Shown: piece by piece, positions 1-9,228 of the stretch
How the letters are laid out: each line of letters starts with the position of its first letter
Position numbering within the stretch: the first letter of the stretch is position 1
Assembly: GCF_016127575.1 (NCBI RefSeq)
Contig: NZ_CP066019.1
Location: forward strand, 240,001 to 272,000
Direction of reading: 5' to 3'
DNA length: 32,000 bases
Source: Cupriavidus necator
GTDB lineage: Bacteria > Pseudomonadota > Gammaproteobacteria > Burkholderiales > Burkholderiaceae
Notes under the pieces: generated by a model
Database searches by the model: none
What the model saw: the letters and a program-made list of their open reading frames with translations, nothing else
What the model was told of the DNA's origin: nothing
Position numbers and translations under genes: made by a program

Positions 1-26
1 AGCCAGGTGGGGCACGTAGCGCCTGC

Positions 27-377
27 CTAAGGTGGCCGCCCGAACGCTTCGCGCAGCTTGCCCTTGGCCTTTTCCAGCGTGGCGCGACGCGCCCTGGGCA
101 GATGGCGGCCGGCACGATTGATGTAGAAATTGAGCATCGACATCGCCGACTGGAACGCCGTGCCCTTGCGGCGCCGGCTGCTCACGGCGGAACGCTTGAG
201 CGAGGCGGCAATTTCCTCGGGGTTGTCCGAGGCGAAGATGTGCGGTTCGAGGTCCAGCGCGTTGCTGTGCTCTGTTATCTGCTGCGACCAGCGCCGCCCC
301 TTGCTGGCGCCAGCTTTGGCGCGGCCCTTTGCCGGCCGGCGGGTGGATTTCGCGGCAGCCATTTCCGGTCCTCCCAT
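27..377 (-). CDS. DUF3175-family small basic protein (function unknown)
   Basis: 116-aa ORF. It has a Lys/Arg-rich N-terminus. The core RWSQQITEHSNALDLE...FQSAMSMLNFYINRAGRHLP...LEKAKGKLREAFG matches my memory of DUF3175 proteins. Confidence 0.6.
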   Translation of the reverse strand: MGGPEMAAAKSTRRPAKGRAKAGASKGRRWSQQITEHSNALDLEPHIFASDNPEEIAASLKRSAVSSRRRKGTAFQSAMSMLNFYINRAGRHLPRARRATLEKAKGKLREAFGRPP

Positions 378-587
378 AGCTTTATCGGGATCCGTCTAGC
401 CTAGGCAACTTCTCGCCGTCCCGGGGGGGTCAGGGGGGACCGGCGCGTGGTGGCAAGACGGCCCGGGCGGTGTGGGATAATTGCCCCTTTGCCCAGGGCG
501 CAGCTCAAGAGGTTGTTCGCACGGGCGCGCAAGGGTCCTTATTCCTGTGGCCCGCTTCCTTTCTGCGATATTCCTTCAGCAATAAAA

Positions 588-2447
588 ATGCCCACATACC
601 GTTCCAAAACCTCCACCGCCGGCCGCAACATGGCGGGGGCGCGCTCGCTGTGGCGCGCCACCGGCATGAAAGACGAAGATTTTTCCAAGCCCATCGTCGC
701 GGTGGTCAATTCCTTCACCCAGTTCGTGCCCGGGCACGTGCACCTGAAGGACCTGGGCCAGCTGGTCGCGCGCGAGATCGAGGCCGCGGGCGGCGTGGCC
801 AAGGAGTTCAACACCATTGCGGTCGATGACGGCATCGCCATGGGCCACGACGGCATGCTGTATTCGCTGCCCAGCCGCGACATCATCGCGGACTCGGTGG
901 AGTACATGGTCAACGCGCACTGCGCCGACGCCATGGTGTGCATCTCCAACTGCGACAAGATCACCCCGGGCATGCTGATGGCCGCAATGCGGCTCAACAT
1001 CCCGGTGATCTTCGTCTCCGGCGGCCCGATGGAAGCCGGCAAGACGCGCCTGGCCAACCCCGTCACCAAGGCCATGGAGTTCAAGAAGCTCGACCTCGTG
1101 GACGCCATGGTGATCGCCGCCGACAGCGCCTATTCCGACGCCGACGTGGCCGAGGTGGAGCGCTCCGCCTGCCCCACCTGCGGTTCGTGCTCGGGCATGT
1201 TCACCGCCAACTCCATGAACTGCCTGACCGAGGCGCTGGGCCTGTCGCTGCCCGGCAACGGCACCGTGGTGGCCACCCACGCCGACCGCGAGCAGCTGTT
1301 CAAGCGCGCGGGCAGCCGCATCGTGGAACTGGCGCGCCAGTACTACGAGCAGGAAGACGAGCGCATCCTGCCGCGCTCGGTAGGCTTCAAGGCGTTCGAG
1401 AACGCCATGACGCTGGACATTGCCATGGGCGGTTCCACCAACACCATCCTGCACCTGCTGGCGATCGCGCGCGAGGCCGACATCGACTTCAGCATGACCG
1501 ATATCGACCGCCTCTCGCGCGTGGTGCCGCAGCTGTGCAAGGTGGCGCCCAACACCAACAAGTACCACATCGAAGACGTGCACCGCGCAGGGGGCATCAT
1601 GGCCATCCTGGGCGAGCTGGAGCGCGCCGGCAAGCTGCACACTGATGTGCCCACGGTGCATGCCCCCACGCTCAGGGACGCGCTGGAGCAGTGGGACATC
1701 AGCCGGACCCGGGACGAAGCCGTCAGGAACTTCTACCTGGCCGGCCCGGCGGGTGTTCCCACCCAGGTGGCGTTCAGCCAGAACACGCGCTGGCCCAGCC
1801 TGGACCTGGACCGCGCCGAGGGCTGCATCCGCTCCTACGAGCACGCCTTCTCCAAGGAAGGCGGCCTGGCGGTGCTGACGGGCAATATCGCGCTCGACGG
1901 CTGCGTGGTGAAGACCGCCGGCGTGGACGAGAGCATCCTCGTGTTCGAAGGCACGGCCCACGTCACCGAGTCGCAGGACGAGGCGGTGGAGAACATCCTC
2001 AACGACAAGGTCAAGGCCGGTGACGTGGTGATCGTGCGCTACGAAGGCCCCAAGGGCGGCCCCGGCATGCAGGAGATGCTCTACCCGACCAGCTACATCA
2101 AGTCCAAGGGCCTGGGCAAGGCCTGCGCGCTGCTGACCGACGGCCGCTTCTCCGGCGGCACCTCGGGTTTGTCCATCGGCCACTGCTCGCCCGAAGCTGC
2201 GGCCGGCGGCGCCATCGGCCTGGTGCGCGACGGCGACAAGATCCGCATCGACATTCCCAACCGCACCATCAACGTGCTGCTGTCCGACGAGGAACTGGCG
2301 AGCCGCCGCGAAGAGCAGAACGCCAGGGGGTGGAAGCCGGCCAAGGCGCGTCCGCGCAAGGTGTCTGCTGCGCTGAAGGCTTATGCCAAGCTGGTGATGT
2401 CGGCGGATAAGGGGGCTGTGCGGGACTTGTCGTTGCTGGATGACTGA
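588..2447 (+). CDS. ilvD: Dihydroxy-acid dehydratase
   Basis: The translation from ATG 588 begins [32 protein letters not shown], a canonical IlvD N-terminus. It carries CDKITPGM and [16 protein letters not shown] Fe-S cluster motifs and a [11 protein letters not shown] region. The ORF-track start at 447 adds 47 non-homologous residues. Confidence 0.95.
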   Translation: MPTYRSKTSTAGRNMAGARSLWRATGMKDEDFSKPIVAVVNSFTQFVPGHVHLKDLGQLVAREIEAAGGVAKEFNTIAVDDGIAMGHDGMLYSLPSRDIIADSVEYMVNAHCADAMVCISNCDKITPGMLMAAMRLNIPVIFVSGGPMEAGKTRLANPVTKAMEFKKLDLVDAMVIAADSAYSDADVAEVERSACPTCGSCSGMFTANSMNCLTEALGLSLPGNGTVVATHADREQLFKRAGSRIVELARQYYEQEDERILPRSVGFKAFENAMTLDIAMGGSTNTILHLLAIAREADIDFSMTDIDRLSRVVPQLCKVAPNTNKYHIEDVHRAGGIMAILGELERAGKLHTDVPTVHAPTLRDALEQWDISRTRDEAVRNFYLAGPAGVPTQVAFSQNTRWPSLDLDRAEGCIRSYEHAFSKEGGLAVLTGNIALDGCVVKTAGVDESILVFEGTAHVTESQDEAVENILNDKVKAGDVVIVRYEGPKGGPGMQEMLYPTSYIKSKGLGKACALLTDGRFSGGTSGLSIGHCSPEAAAGGAIGLVRDGDKIRIDIPNRTINVLLSDEELASRREEQNARGWKPAKARPRKVSAALKAYAKLVMSADKGAVRDLSLLDD

Positions 2448-2482
2448 TCCCGGGGCGAAGCTTTGCTTCGTTTGCCGATAAG

Positions 2483-2508
2483 GCCGCTCTTTGGAGCGGC
2501 TTTTTTTT
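2483..2508 (+). terminator. Rho-independent terminator of ilvD
   Basis: GCCGCTC (2483-2489), loop TTTG, GAGCGGC (2494-2500), then T8 (2501-2508). A second small hairpin, CGAAGC-TTT-GCTTCG, lies just upstream. Confidence 0.75.
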
Positions 2509-2541
2509 GGTTCTTATAAGAACGCGCCCCGTGGCTGGCCT

Positions 2542-2673
2542 TCGATCGATCCAGGAAATTCGTTTGCTGGCTATTGGGGCGAAGTGCTGACGGTCGCGGC
2601 CGAGGCGGCGGGTATTGCCGCACTGGTGATCGACGGCGGCGTACGCGATATCGCGGCACTTACCGCGCGGTGA
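2542..2673 (+). pseudogene. Remnant of an RraA / HMG-aldolase (dimethylmenaquinone methyltransferase-like) family gene; central segment only
   Basis: The translated segment FAGYWGEVLTVAAEAAGIAALVIDGGVRDIAAL resembles the conserved G-x-L-x(3)-A-x(3)-G-x-x-G-x-V-I-DG-x-x-RD core of RraA-family proteins. Only about 40 aa are present, and the nominal ORF starts inside the ilvD terminator. Confidence 0.4.
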
Positions 2674-2838
2674 CGGCGAAAGCCCACATGTTTAAGCGAT
2701 TCATGCCGCCAAGTAAAAGGAGGCTGGACGCTCCAGGCCCGAGATGCAGTCCTATGGTAAGGTTGCTGGCATGAGTTTACGGACTTCAACCAGTGACGCA
2801 TGGGCCGCAGCTATGTGGTGCTGGGAGAGTGATGCAGC

Positions 2839-3270
2839 GTGAGTGATGCGAAGCAGGATGCGCGGCGCGCGCCGCCGACTGAGAGAGTTTCAACCAGCAG
2901 GGCTTTGCGCCTGAGCGTGCCGCCAGAGGCCAGGCCTGCGCCGGTCAACGGGAAAGACTGGCTGCGACAGAGGAAAGAGCAATTGCAGGCTGCCCGTGCC
3001 GCTGCCAGGCAAAGGCGCGATCTGCTAAGAGCCGAAATCATGTCGGCCGTGCAAGATGTTGCCCGAGAGGAACGCACTGCTGCGCGGCTGGAGGCTGAAC
3101 GCCTGAAGGCGGAAGCCAGGACCGCGCGGGCCTACGCGCGGGAGGACGCACGCGCCGCCGCCAAGTTCGAGCGCGGCCAACCAACCCGCTCGGCGTCCAA
3201 ACGAAAGACGCTTGCTAACGAGAAACGCAAGCTGGTTTCTTACGCTGATCTGTTGCGGATGCGTGGGTGA
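2839..3270 (+). CDS. Hypothetical Arg/Ala/Glu-rich protein (predicted coiled-coil)
   Basis: 143-aa ORF with a GTG start. The composition is low-complexity and charged. I recognise no family, and it could be non-coding. Confidence 0.25.
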   Translation: MSDAKQDARRAPPTERVSTSRALRLSVPPEARPAPVNGKDWLRQRKEQLQAARAAARQRRDLLRAEIMSAVQDVAREERTAARLEAERLKAEARTARAYAREDARAAAKFERGQPTRSASKRKTLANEKRKLVSYADLLRMRG

Positions 3271-3522
3271 TCCGGTCATTCCATGGGTCTTGAAACGGAC
3301 GGTTAATCCGATCCGCCTGCGGGAGCTGACTATCTGCCCTTGGTCAAGGGCCACTTCCCGCCGCGGCCAGACTGCCTGATAAGACGCGCTGCGCAACATC
3401 GCGCGATTCGTGGGGAACCGGAATTCGTCAGACTGCGTTTTCCGAAAAATCAATGGCGCCCAGCGGTGCGTACTTCGCACGATTGCCTGTGCTCTTAAAT
3501 CTGGTGCCTGCCTATGAGAAAG

Positions 3523-3552
3523 GCCCGATGCGAGCATTTGCTGGCATCGGGC
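3523..3552 (-). terminator. Possible terminator hairpin downstream of the porin gene
   Basis: 9-bp inverted repeat GCCCGATGC (3523-3531) / GCATCGGGC (3544-3552). On the minus strand it is followed by CTTTCTCAT. It lies about 50 nt after the porin stop. Confidence 0.4.
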
Positions 3553-3600
3553 AAGAAGGCCGGTGGGCACGATTCCACCGGACGGTAGGCGGCAGAGAGG

Positions 3601-4677
3601 TCAGAAAGTGTGGTTGATACCAACGTTGAAAGCAGAGTTGCCGGCGAGCGGGTTGCCGACATCATTGGCATTCCATACGCGGTAGAAGCCGGACTTGGCC
3701 GTGTTCGCCGCGCGATTCCAGATGTGGGCGTAAGACGTATAGAGCCTGGTCCGCTTGGAGAGGTTATGTACGTAGCCGATCGCAAACTGATGGGCATCGT
3801 TGTCGGCGTCGGTCCGATCGTTCTTGTAGATGTACGAGGTCACGACCCGCCCGGCGCCGACCGGAATCGAAGCCCCGACCAGCACGTCTTCCGATTTGAA
3901 GTTGGGCGTGCCCGGTATGATGGCGCCTCGGTTGATCACGTAGTTGAGGTAACCAGTCGCGAGCCCGAAGTCGTACTTGGCGCCGAAGAACACTTCCCGT
4001 GCATTCTTGCCAGGGCCGTTGGCGTCATGGGCGTCCGCGTAGGCGACGCGTCCCATGAAGCTCCCCCCCGAATAGCCAAGTGACGCGCCAAACTGGCTGT
4101 TGGTGGCCGCACTGCCGGGCACTTCGCCAAAGCTGTAGGACAGTTCGCCATCGAGGCCGCCGAGTGTGCCCGGCAGGTTGTATTTAAGGGCATTGTCGAC
4201 ACGGTTGCTGCCGCCTCGACCGCCGGCTGAAATCAGGTTTGCAGACGTGCCGGCCAGGCCAGTCACAAACGGATCGAACTCCACTTGTGCCAGCGCCAGC
4301 GTTGTATATTGCCGCCCCATCGTGATACGGCCCGGCGATGCGTCGAGTCCGACGTAGGCCTGCCTGCCGAACAGTAAGCCACCTTGACCTGATGCGCCAG
4401 TATCCATCAGGATGCCGGCTTCCAGCGTAAAGAACGCTGCCGTGCCCCCGCCTAGTTCTTCGCGTCCGCGCATGCCAACGCGCGAGCCTGACATCATGCC
4501 GCTCGTGACCTTTGTTACCGAACCGGCTGCCGCGCCGTTTTCGTGTACCAGCCCGACGTCCGCTACGCCATACAGATTCACGCTGGACGACTGCGCCGCG
4601 GCATATATCGAGTGCCCACCTGCGCCGAATGCCACTGCCGCGCCGAGCACGCATCTTGCCAACATCGCCCGCTTCAT
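3601..4677 (-). CDS. Outer-membrane general porin (Gram-negative porin family, Burkholderiales OmpC-like)
   Basis: Signal peptide MKRAMLARCVLGAAVAFGAGGHSIYAAAQ, then SSVNLYGVADVGL. The sequence is Gly/aromatic-rich with beta-strand periodicity and ends in the C-terminal NVGINHTF (terminal Phe). The start could be 4695 instead of 4677. Confidence 0.85.
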   Translation of the reverse strand: MKRAMLARCVLGAAVAFGAGGHSIYAAAQSSSVNLYGVADVGLVHENGAAAGSVTKVTSGMMSGSRVGMRGREELGGGTAAFFTLEAGILMDTGASGQGGLLFGRQAYVGLDASPGRITMGRQYTTLALAQVEFDPFVTGLAGTSANLISAGGRGGSNRVDNALKYNLPGTLGGLDGELSYSFGEVPGSAATNSQFGASLGYSGGSFMGRVAYADAHDANGPGKNAREVFFGAKYDFGLATGYLNYVINRGAIIPGTPNFKSEDVLVGASIPVGAGRVVTSYIYKNDRTDADNDAHQFAIGYVHNLSKRTRLYTSYAHIWNRAANTAKSGFYRVWNANDVGNPLAGNSAFNVGINHTF

Positions 4678-4829
4678 TCCCATATCGATTCTCATTCTAA
4701 ATTTTTTAAAATATGCAAATATGTATGAAATATCTAAATTTTTGCGTGGCGCGCACGAGGGCGCCAGTCAGCCTGGTGGACTGTGAGCCTGCTCCTGGTT
4801 GGGGTCCTGCCGGGTGCGGCGGCGCGGAT

Positions 4830-5789
4830 CTACAGCATTGCAGCGAAGTGCCGCGTGGTCTCTAGTAGCGAATAGGAGGCCTTGAAGCCGATTTCGCGGT
4901 GAGCGGCACTGACGTCGGACGACGCCGGTCGCACATGCGGAAATCCGGCAAAGCCGCCCTCGGGCAGCCTGAGATCGGTGGTCTGCAGCGCCGGATAACA
5001 TTGGCGCACGACATCGATGAACGCTTCAACCGAGAACCATTCGCCGGTAGCGATGTTGTACACGCGTTGACGCGGTGCCGGTGCGGTCAGTGCAGCGATG
5101 TTGGCGATAGCGCAGTCCCGGGCATCGATGAATTCCTCACGGCCGTTCCACAACAGGATCGGATCGTCTAGCCTTGCAGGCACTCCGGTGCGTCCGGCTT
5201 CGAGCAGTGTGGCCAGTAGCCGGCCCGGCACACTGGTGACCGCGTCCCGTCCGGCGCCGAGCACAGCGCCGTAGCGCAGCACGACCGCATCGACGTCATA
5301 GAGCGAGGCGTAGGCGAGCGCGAGATGCTCGCCAGCCAGCTTGGTGGCCGCATAGATGCTGCCAGGCCGTTCGCTGAGGACCCGCAACGGGAAATCCTCG
5401 GCGATCGGTGTGGCAGGCAGGGACGGGAAGGCTGAGTACATGACGGTGGTCGAGCTGGCAATCACGACACGCGAGAGCTTACGCTGGCGTGCCAGCTCAA
5501 GAACGTTTGCCGTTCCCATCGTATTGACCCGGATGCCGGCGAGTGGATCCTTGCGAATGGCAGTGGAAAGCAAGGCCGCCGTATGGACGATAGCGGTGAC
5601 CCCATGCTCGTCCACCAGGCGGGACAATGCGTCGTAGTCGGTCACATCGCACAATGCCAGCGGCAGCGCGCCCAGTTCAGCAGAATCGGGCCGCCTGACG
5701 TCGGCGAGCAGCACAGGTTCTCCCTGGGCCAGCAACTGCGCGGCGGTCAGACGGCCGATCAGGCCGGCACCGGTGACTAATATCGTCAT
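4830..5789 (-). CDS. NAD-dependent epimerase/dehydratase family protein (extended SDR)
   Basis: N-terminal Rossmann motif MTILVTGAGLIGRL. Catalytic YxxxK motif in SIYAATKLAGE. 319 aa. Confidence 0.85.
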   Translation of the reverse strand: MTILVTGAGLIGRLTAAQLLAQGEPVLLADVRRPDSAELGALPLALCDVTDYDALSRLVDEHGVTAIVHTAALLSTAIRKDPLAGIRVNTMGTANVLELARQRKLSRVVIASSTTVMYSAFPSLPATPIAEDFPLRVLSERPGSIYAATKLAGEHLALAYASLYDVDAVVLRYGAVLGAGRDAVTSVPGRLLATLLEAGRTGVPARLDDPILLWNGREEFIDARDCAIANIAALTAPAPRQRVYNIATGEWFSVEAFIDVVRQCYPALQTTDLRLPEGGFAGFPHVRPASSDVSAAHREIGFKASYSLLETTRHFAAML

Positions 5790-5798
5790 GGCTGCTCC

Positions 5799-6788
5799 TC
5801 AGTCGGCCTGAATGCCGAATTCCTTGACGATCCGGCCATAGCGCTCGTAGTCGGCAGCGATCAGCTTGCCAAGGGCGGCTGGGTCGCTGCCCTGCGGAGT
5901 CACGGCAACCGTTGCCATCCGGGCGACGACGTCCGGCATTTTCAGGATGTCGTTGAAGTGCTTGTTCAGCGTCAGAACCAGTTCCGGGGACATGCCCTTC
6001 GGGCCCACCACGGCCTGCCAGGCACCAACCTCGACATCCTTGTAGCCAAGCTCGGCCAGGGACGGCACGTTCGGCGCGAAAGGCGAGCGCTTCTTGTCCG
6101 CGACGGCCAGCGGAATCAGCTTGCCCGACGGGAAGTACTGGGACACCGGCCCAAGCGTGGAGTACATCATCGGCACCTGCCCGCCCAGCAAGTCGACCAC
6201 CGCGGGGGCGCTGCCGCGGTAGGGGATCTGCGTGAGCTTGATGCCGGCCGATTTGTTGAACAGTTCCGCCAGTATGTGCATTGGCGATCCGTTGCCCGGA
6301 CTGCCATAGGTTTTCAGCGTACCGGCTTTAGCATGCGTGACGAAGTCTTCAATCCGGGTGACACCGGCGGCCTTGTTGACCACAACGAACAGCGACTGCG
6401 TGCCGAGTAGCGTGATCGGCGTCAGATCCTTGCGCGGGTCGTAGGAGGCACCCGTGCCGGGCCGCAGCACGTGCGGAGAGATCGAGATTGTGTTCGGGGC
6501 GAACAGCAGCGTATAGCCATCCGGCGCAGCCTTTGCCACGTACGCCGTGCCAATGGTGCCGCCGGCGCCGGTGCGGTTCTCCACCACGACAGGTTGCCCA
6601 AGCCGAGCAGTCAGCTTCTCGGCAAAGAGGCGTGCCAGCACATCTGTATCGCCGCCGGCTGGATAGGCCACGAGAAGCGTGACCGGCTTGGTTGGATAGC
6701 TGCCCTGCGCAGTGGCCCCGCCCGTCGCAAGTAGGGTGGCAATAGCTGTCAGGGCAACCAATGCCCGGCGTCTCGCGGATTTCTTCAT
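5799..6788 (-). CDS. Bug-family (TctC-like) tripartite tricarboxylate transporter substrate-binding protein
   Basis: From ATG 6788: MKKSARRRALVALTAIATLLATGGATAQGSYPTKPVTLLVAYPAGGDTD. A GGAG Shine-Dalgarno (SD) sequence lies just upstream. The longer track ORF reaching 6857 is an upstream extension. Confidence 0.9.
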   Translation of the reverse strand: MKKSARRRALVALTAIATLLATGGATAQGSYPTKPVTLLVAYPAGGDTDVLARLFAEKLTARLGQPVVVENRTGAGGTIGTAYVAKAAPDGYTLLFAPNTISISPHVLRPGTGASYDPRKDLTPITLLGTQSLFVVVNKAAGVTRIEDFVTHAKAGTLKTYGSPGNGSPMHILAELFNKSAGIKLTQIPYRGSAPAVVDLLGGQVPMMYSTLGPVSQYFPSGKLIPLAVADKKRSPFAPNVPSLAELGYKDVEVGAWQAVVGPKGMSPELVLTLNKHFNDILKMPDVVARMATVAVTPQGSDPAALGKLIAADYERYGRIVKEFGIQAD

Positions 6789-6859
6789 GTGATCCAACTC
6801 CTCTAGGTGCATTGCGGCCCGCCGGGCCTCACAGCAGATCCGGCGCTCACCGCGCATTG

Positions 6860-6913
6860 TTCATATATGAAACGGCGTCTCATTGAACACTCATGAAAAA
6901 TTATAAATTTATA
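6860..6913. promoter_or_regulatory. AT-only perfect palindromes in the bug/gntR divergent region (candidate operator or -10 elements)
   Basis: TTCATATATGAA (6860-6871) and TATAAATTTATA (6902-6913) are perfect 12-bp palindromes in otherwise GC-rich DNA. A third inverted repeat, AATTT-ATG-AAATT, lies at 7077-7089. Confidence 0.3.
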
Positions 6914-7146
6914 TCTATTGAATAAAAGGTGGAGTTTACCCTGCGTGGGCGAGGAGCGCGGAAATGGCCTGTATCGGCTGCAGACGGGCGAAATTCGGGC
7001 CTGAATCGGTAATCCGACGGGTCCGGCAGCACCTGCTCTGGTCCCCGGATAGTGCAAAATTTCGTTGTTGGAGGTAAATTTATGAAATTGCCAGTGTCCT
7101 ATAGATGCCGGCCAGCCCTTGCCGCTCATCCATCCAACAACAAATC

Positions 7147-7863
7147 ATGCGGACTTCCGATTTGCCGCGCAGGCTGCAGCACGCAGAGCCGGCGCCGACC
7201 CAGACCATTTCCGAGAAGGCGTATCAACTGCTGCGCGCAGACATCATCGCGGGCAGCCTGGCCCCTGGGGAAAAGCTTCGCCTGCAGGCATTGCAGGAAC
7301 GCTACGAACTCGGCGTGAGCCCGATCCGCGAGGCCCTGATGCTTCTCTGCGGCGAAGGACTGGTCAGCAATGAGGGCCAAAGGGGCTTCAGCGTGACCAA
7401 GCTCTCCAGGAGTGATCTGCTCGATCTGATGCATGCGCGCACCTCGATCGAACTGCTCCTGCTGGCCGATGCCATTGAGCATGGCGACGATGACTGGGGC
7501 GCGAACATCATGGCCGCCTATTACAAGCTGACCAGGGCGCGGCTCCCGACCGATGCATCGGACACGGTGGCAGTGGAACTGTGGGAAACGGCTCACCGGC
7601 GCTTTCACCTCGCGCTGGTTGCAGCGGCTACGTCGAAGTGGCTACTGCGCATCGACGAACAACTGGTCGACCATTCTGAGCGGTATCGTCGAATTCGCCT
7701 GGCCTACCCGCGCTCGAGCAAGGAACTGGCCGACGATGTGTTGAAGGAACACCTGGATCTCATGGAGGCGGTGCTCGCGCGCGACACGGAGAAAGCCTCC
7801 GCGCTGCTGCGGCACCACCTGATGCGCACCGCCGAAGTCCTCAGCAAGCGCTTTGCCGACTAG
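7147..7863 (+). CDS. GntR-family transcriptional regulator, FadR/FCD subfamily
   Basis: The winged-HTH region is ISEKAYQLLRADIIAGSLAPGEKLRLQALQERYELGVSPIREALMLLCGEGLV, followed by a helical FCD-type C-domain. Start chosen at ATG 7147 (MRTSDLPRR). Confidence 0.85.
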   Translation: MRTSDLPRRLQHAEPAPTQTISEKAYQLLRADIIAGSLAPGEKLRLQALQERYELGVSPIREALMLLCGEGLVSNEGQRGFSVTKLSRSDLLDLMHARTSIELLLLADAIEHGDDDWGANIMAAYYKLTRARLPTDASDTVAVELWETAHRRFHLALVAAATSKWLLRIDEQLVDHSERYRRIRLAYPRSSKELADDVLKEHLDLMEAVLARDTEKASALLRHHLMRTAEVLSKRFAD

Positions 7864-7871
7864 CCCCAATT

Positions 7872-8255
7872 TCAGGGCTTGTCGGGCAGCGCGACATAGG
7901 CCACGATTTCGATGCGCATGCCTGGCACTACCAAGGCCTTGGCGATCACCGTCGAGCGGTTTGGATAAGGCGGGGCGAAGAACTCTCCATAGAGCGCATC
8001 GACTACCGGCACGTCATCGGCTTCCAACAGGGTGATCAGCACCTGCACCACATCGTTCAGGTCCGCGCCCGCTGCTTCGGTCGCTAACTTCAGGTTCTCA
8101 AACGTCAGGCGGGCCTGCCGGGCGATATCGCCGGTATCCACCGACCCGTCAGGACGGACTGGACCGTGCGCAGTGAACAGCAGACCTGCGGCCTGGGTCG
8201 CCCAGGAAAATGGCTGTGCCGGAGTGGGCAAGCCAGTCTCAATGACTTGCTTCAC
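7872..8255 (-). CDS. RidA/YjgF/TdcF-family reactive-intermediate deaminase
   Basis: From GTG 8255: MKQVIETGLPTPAQPFSWATQAAGLLFTAHGPVRPDG...VVQVLITL...NRSTVIAKALVVPGMRIEI. A GGAGAC SD sits 6 nt upstream. The GTG overlaps the upstream TGA stop (GTGA). Confidence 0.8.
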   Translation of the reverse strand: MKQVIETGLPTPAQPFSWATQAAGLLFTAHGPVRPDGSVDTGDIARQARLTFENLKLATEAAGADLNDVVQVLITLLEADDVPVVDALYGEFFAPPYPNRSTVIAKALVVPGMRIEIVAYVALPDKP

Positions 8256-9136
8256 TGTGAGGTCTCCTTGACGAGTTGCGCGAGCCGCGCATACCAAGGG
8301 TGGGAAGGGTCCGAAAGCGCAGTATGCGTGCGGAAATGATCCTCGCCCGCGTGCATGTAGCAATCAACGGGAGCCGGCTGCATCCTCAGCATGGCGTACA
8401 GGGTGAGATTGGAGCGGATCACGCGCTCGCTGTCATGTTCGCCGTAGCTGAGCACCATCGGAACGGTATTGCCGGCAGACCACGTCAGCGGACTCATTGC
8501 CGCATCCAGTTCCTGCGAGTCGAGCAATGCGGTGTACACCCGCTCCTCAAGACTCCCGGGCGCCGGGTTCGGGTGGTGCAGGTTCATGATGCCACTGATG
8601 GGCAGGCAACCGCGAATGGCCTGCTGGTCAATACCCACCGCGCGCAGTTGTGGTTTTCGCATCGCCGCCATGGCCGCAATACCGCCGCCTGCCGAATGGC
8701 CGGAAAGATAGAGGTGAGAGGGTGAGCCGCCCCAGGTGGCAATGCTTTTCTGCACGCTGCCCAGGAGCAACGCCGCGTCGTCAAACGCTGCGGGCAACCT
8801 GTGGGCCGGTGCCAGCCGATACGTGGGCGCCACCAGCACCATGCCAAGGCTTATCACCATAGGCGCAAGGAACGAGGCGTATTCCTTGTAGCCATTCGTC
8901 CAGCCCCCACCATGCCAGAAGATCAGGACAGGCGCGTCGCGCAACCCTCGTGCCGTAAACACGTCGAACCGCTGCCGCTGGTCGGTACCGTAGGTGAGGT
9001 TGCGCACAGCGACGACGCTTTCCGGCAGGTGTTCGGCCCAGTCAAGAACGGTACGTTCATACGCCACTGCGGCCGCGGACGACAGCGGTGGCTGAGATGG
9101 CTCTGGTTCAGTTGCGAACTGGTCTGACATTTTCAC
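8252..9136 (-). CDS. Alpha/beta hydrolase (fold-3 / family IV esterase or arylformamidase-like)
   Basis: HGGGW oxyanion-hole motif (LIFWHGGGWTNG). GHSAGG nucleophile elbow. 294 aa. Confidence 0.85.
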   Translation of the reverse strand: MKMSDQFATEPEPSQPPLSSAAAVAYERTVLDWAEHLPESVVAVRNLTYGTDQRQRFDVFTARGLRDAPVLIFWHGGGWTNGYKEYASFLAPMVISLGMVLVAPTYRLAPAHRLPAAFDDAALLLGSVQKSIATWGGSPSHLYLSGHSAGGGIAAMAAMRKPQLRAVGIDQQAIRGCLPISGIMNLHHPNPAPGSLEERVYTALLDSQELDAAMSPLTWSAGNTVPMVLSYGEHDSERVIRSNLTLYAMLRMQPAPVDCYMHAGEDHFRTHTALSDPSHPWYARLAQLVKETSQ

Positions 9137-9228
9137 TTTGCTTCCATATCAAGTACGAGCCACCGGCTTGCGCCGCTCCTGGCAGTTTGCAAAATATACA
9201 TCTCAATTATTCATGTTTGCAAGAGAAC

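Noticed and set aside
447-587. N-terminal extensions of track ORFs: ilvD from 447, the Bug genes from 6857 and 23440, phnE from 14769, the SDR from 27878, AraC from 28560 and the small barrel protein from 28958.
   Set aside because: The extensions are non-homologous and low-complexity, and they often overlap the neighbouring gene. Internal starts coincide with family N-termini, signal peptides, SD sequences or ATGA/GTGA coupling.
576-2183. 535-aa ORF antisense to ilvD. Similar very long ORFs occur at 12695-14407 (-), 15917-17002 (+), 17077-18123 (+), 20215-21351 (-), 25871-27124 (+), 26841-27881 (+) and 27629-29575 (+).
   Set aside because: All are Arg/Ala/Gly/Pro-rich shadow ORFs in alternative frames or on the strand opposite genes with clear family signatures. 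Stop codons are rare in off-frames of high-GC DNA, and none shows a recognisable domain.
2491-2673. The 60-aa ORF treated as an intact small gene.
   Set aside because: Its start lies inside the ilvD terminator hairpin and T-tract. Only the distal two-thirds resembles a protein family (RraA-like), so I treated it as a fragment.
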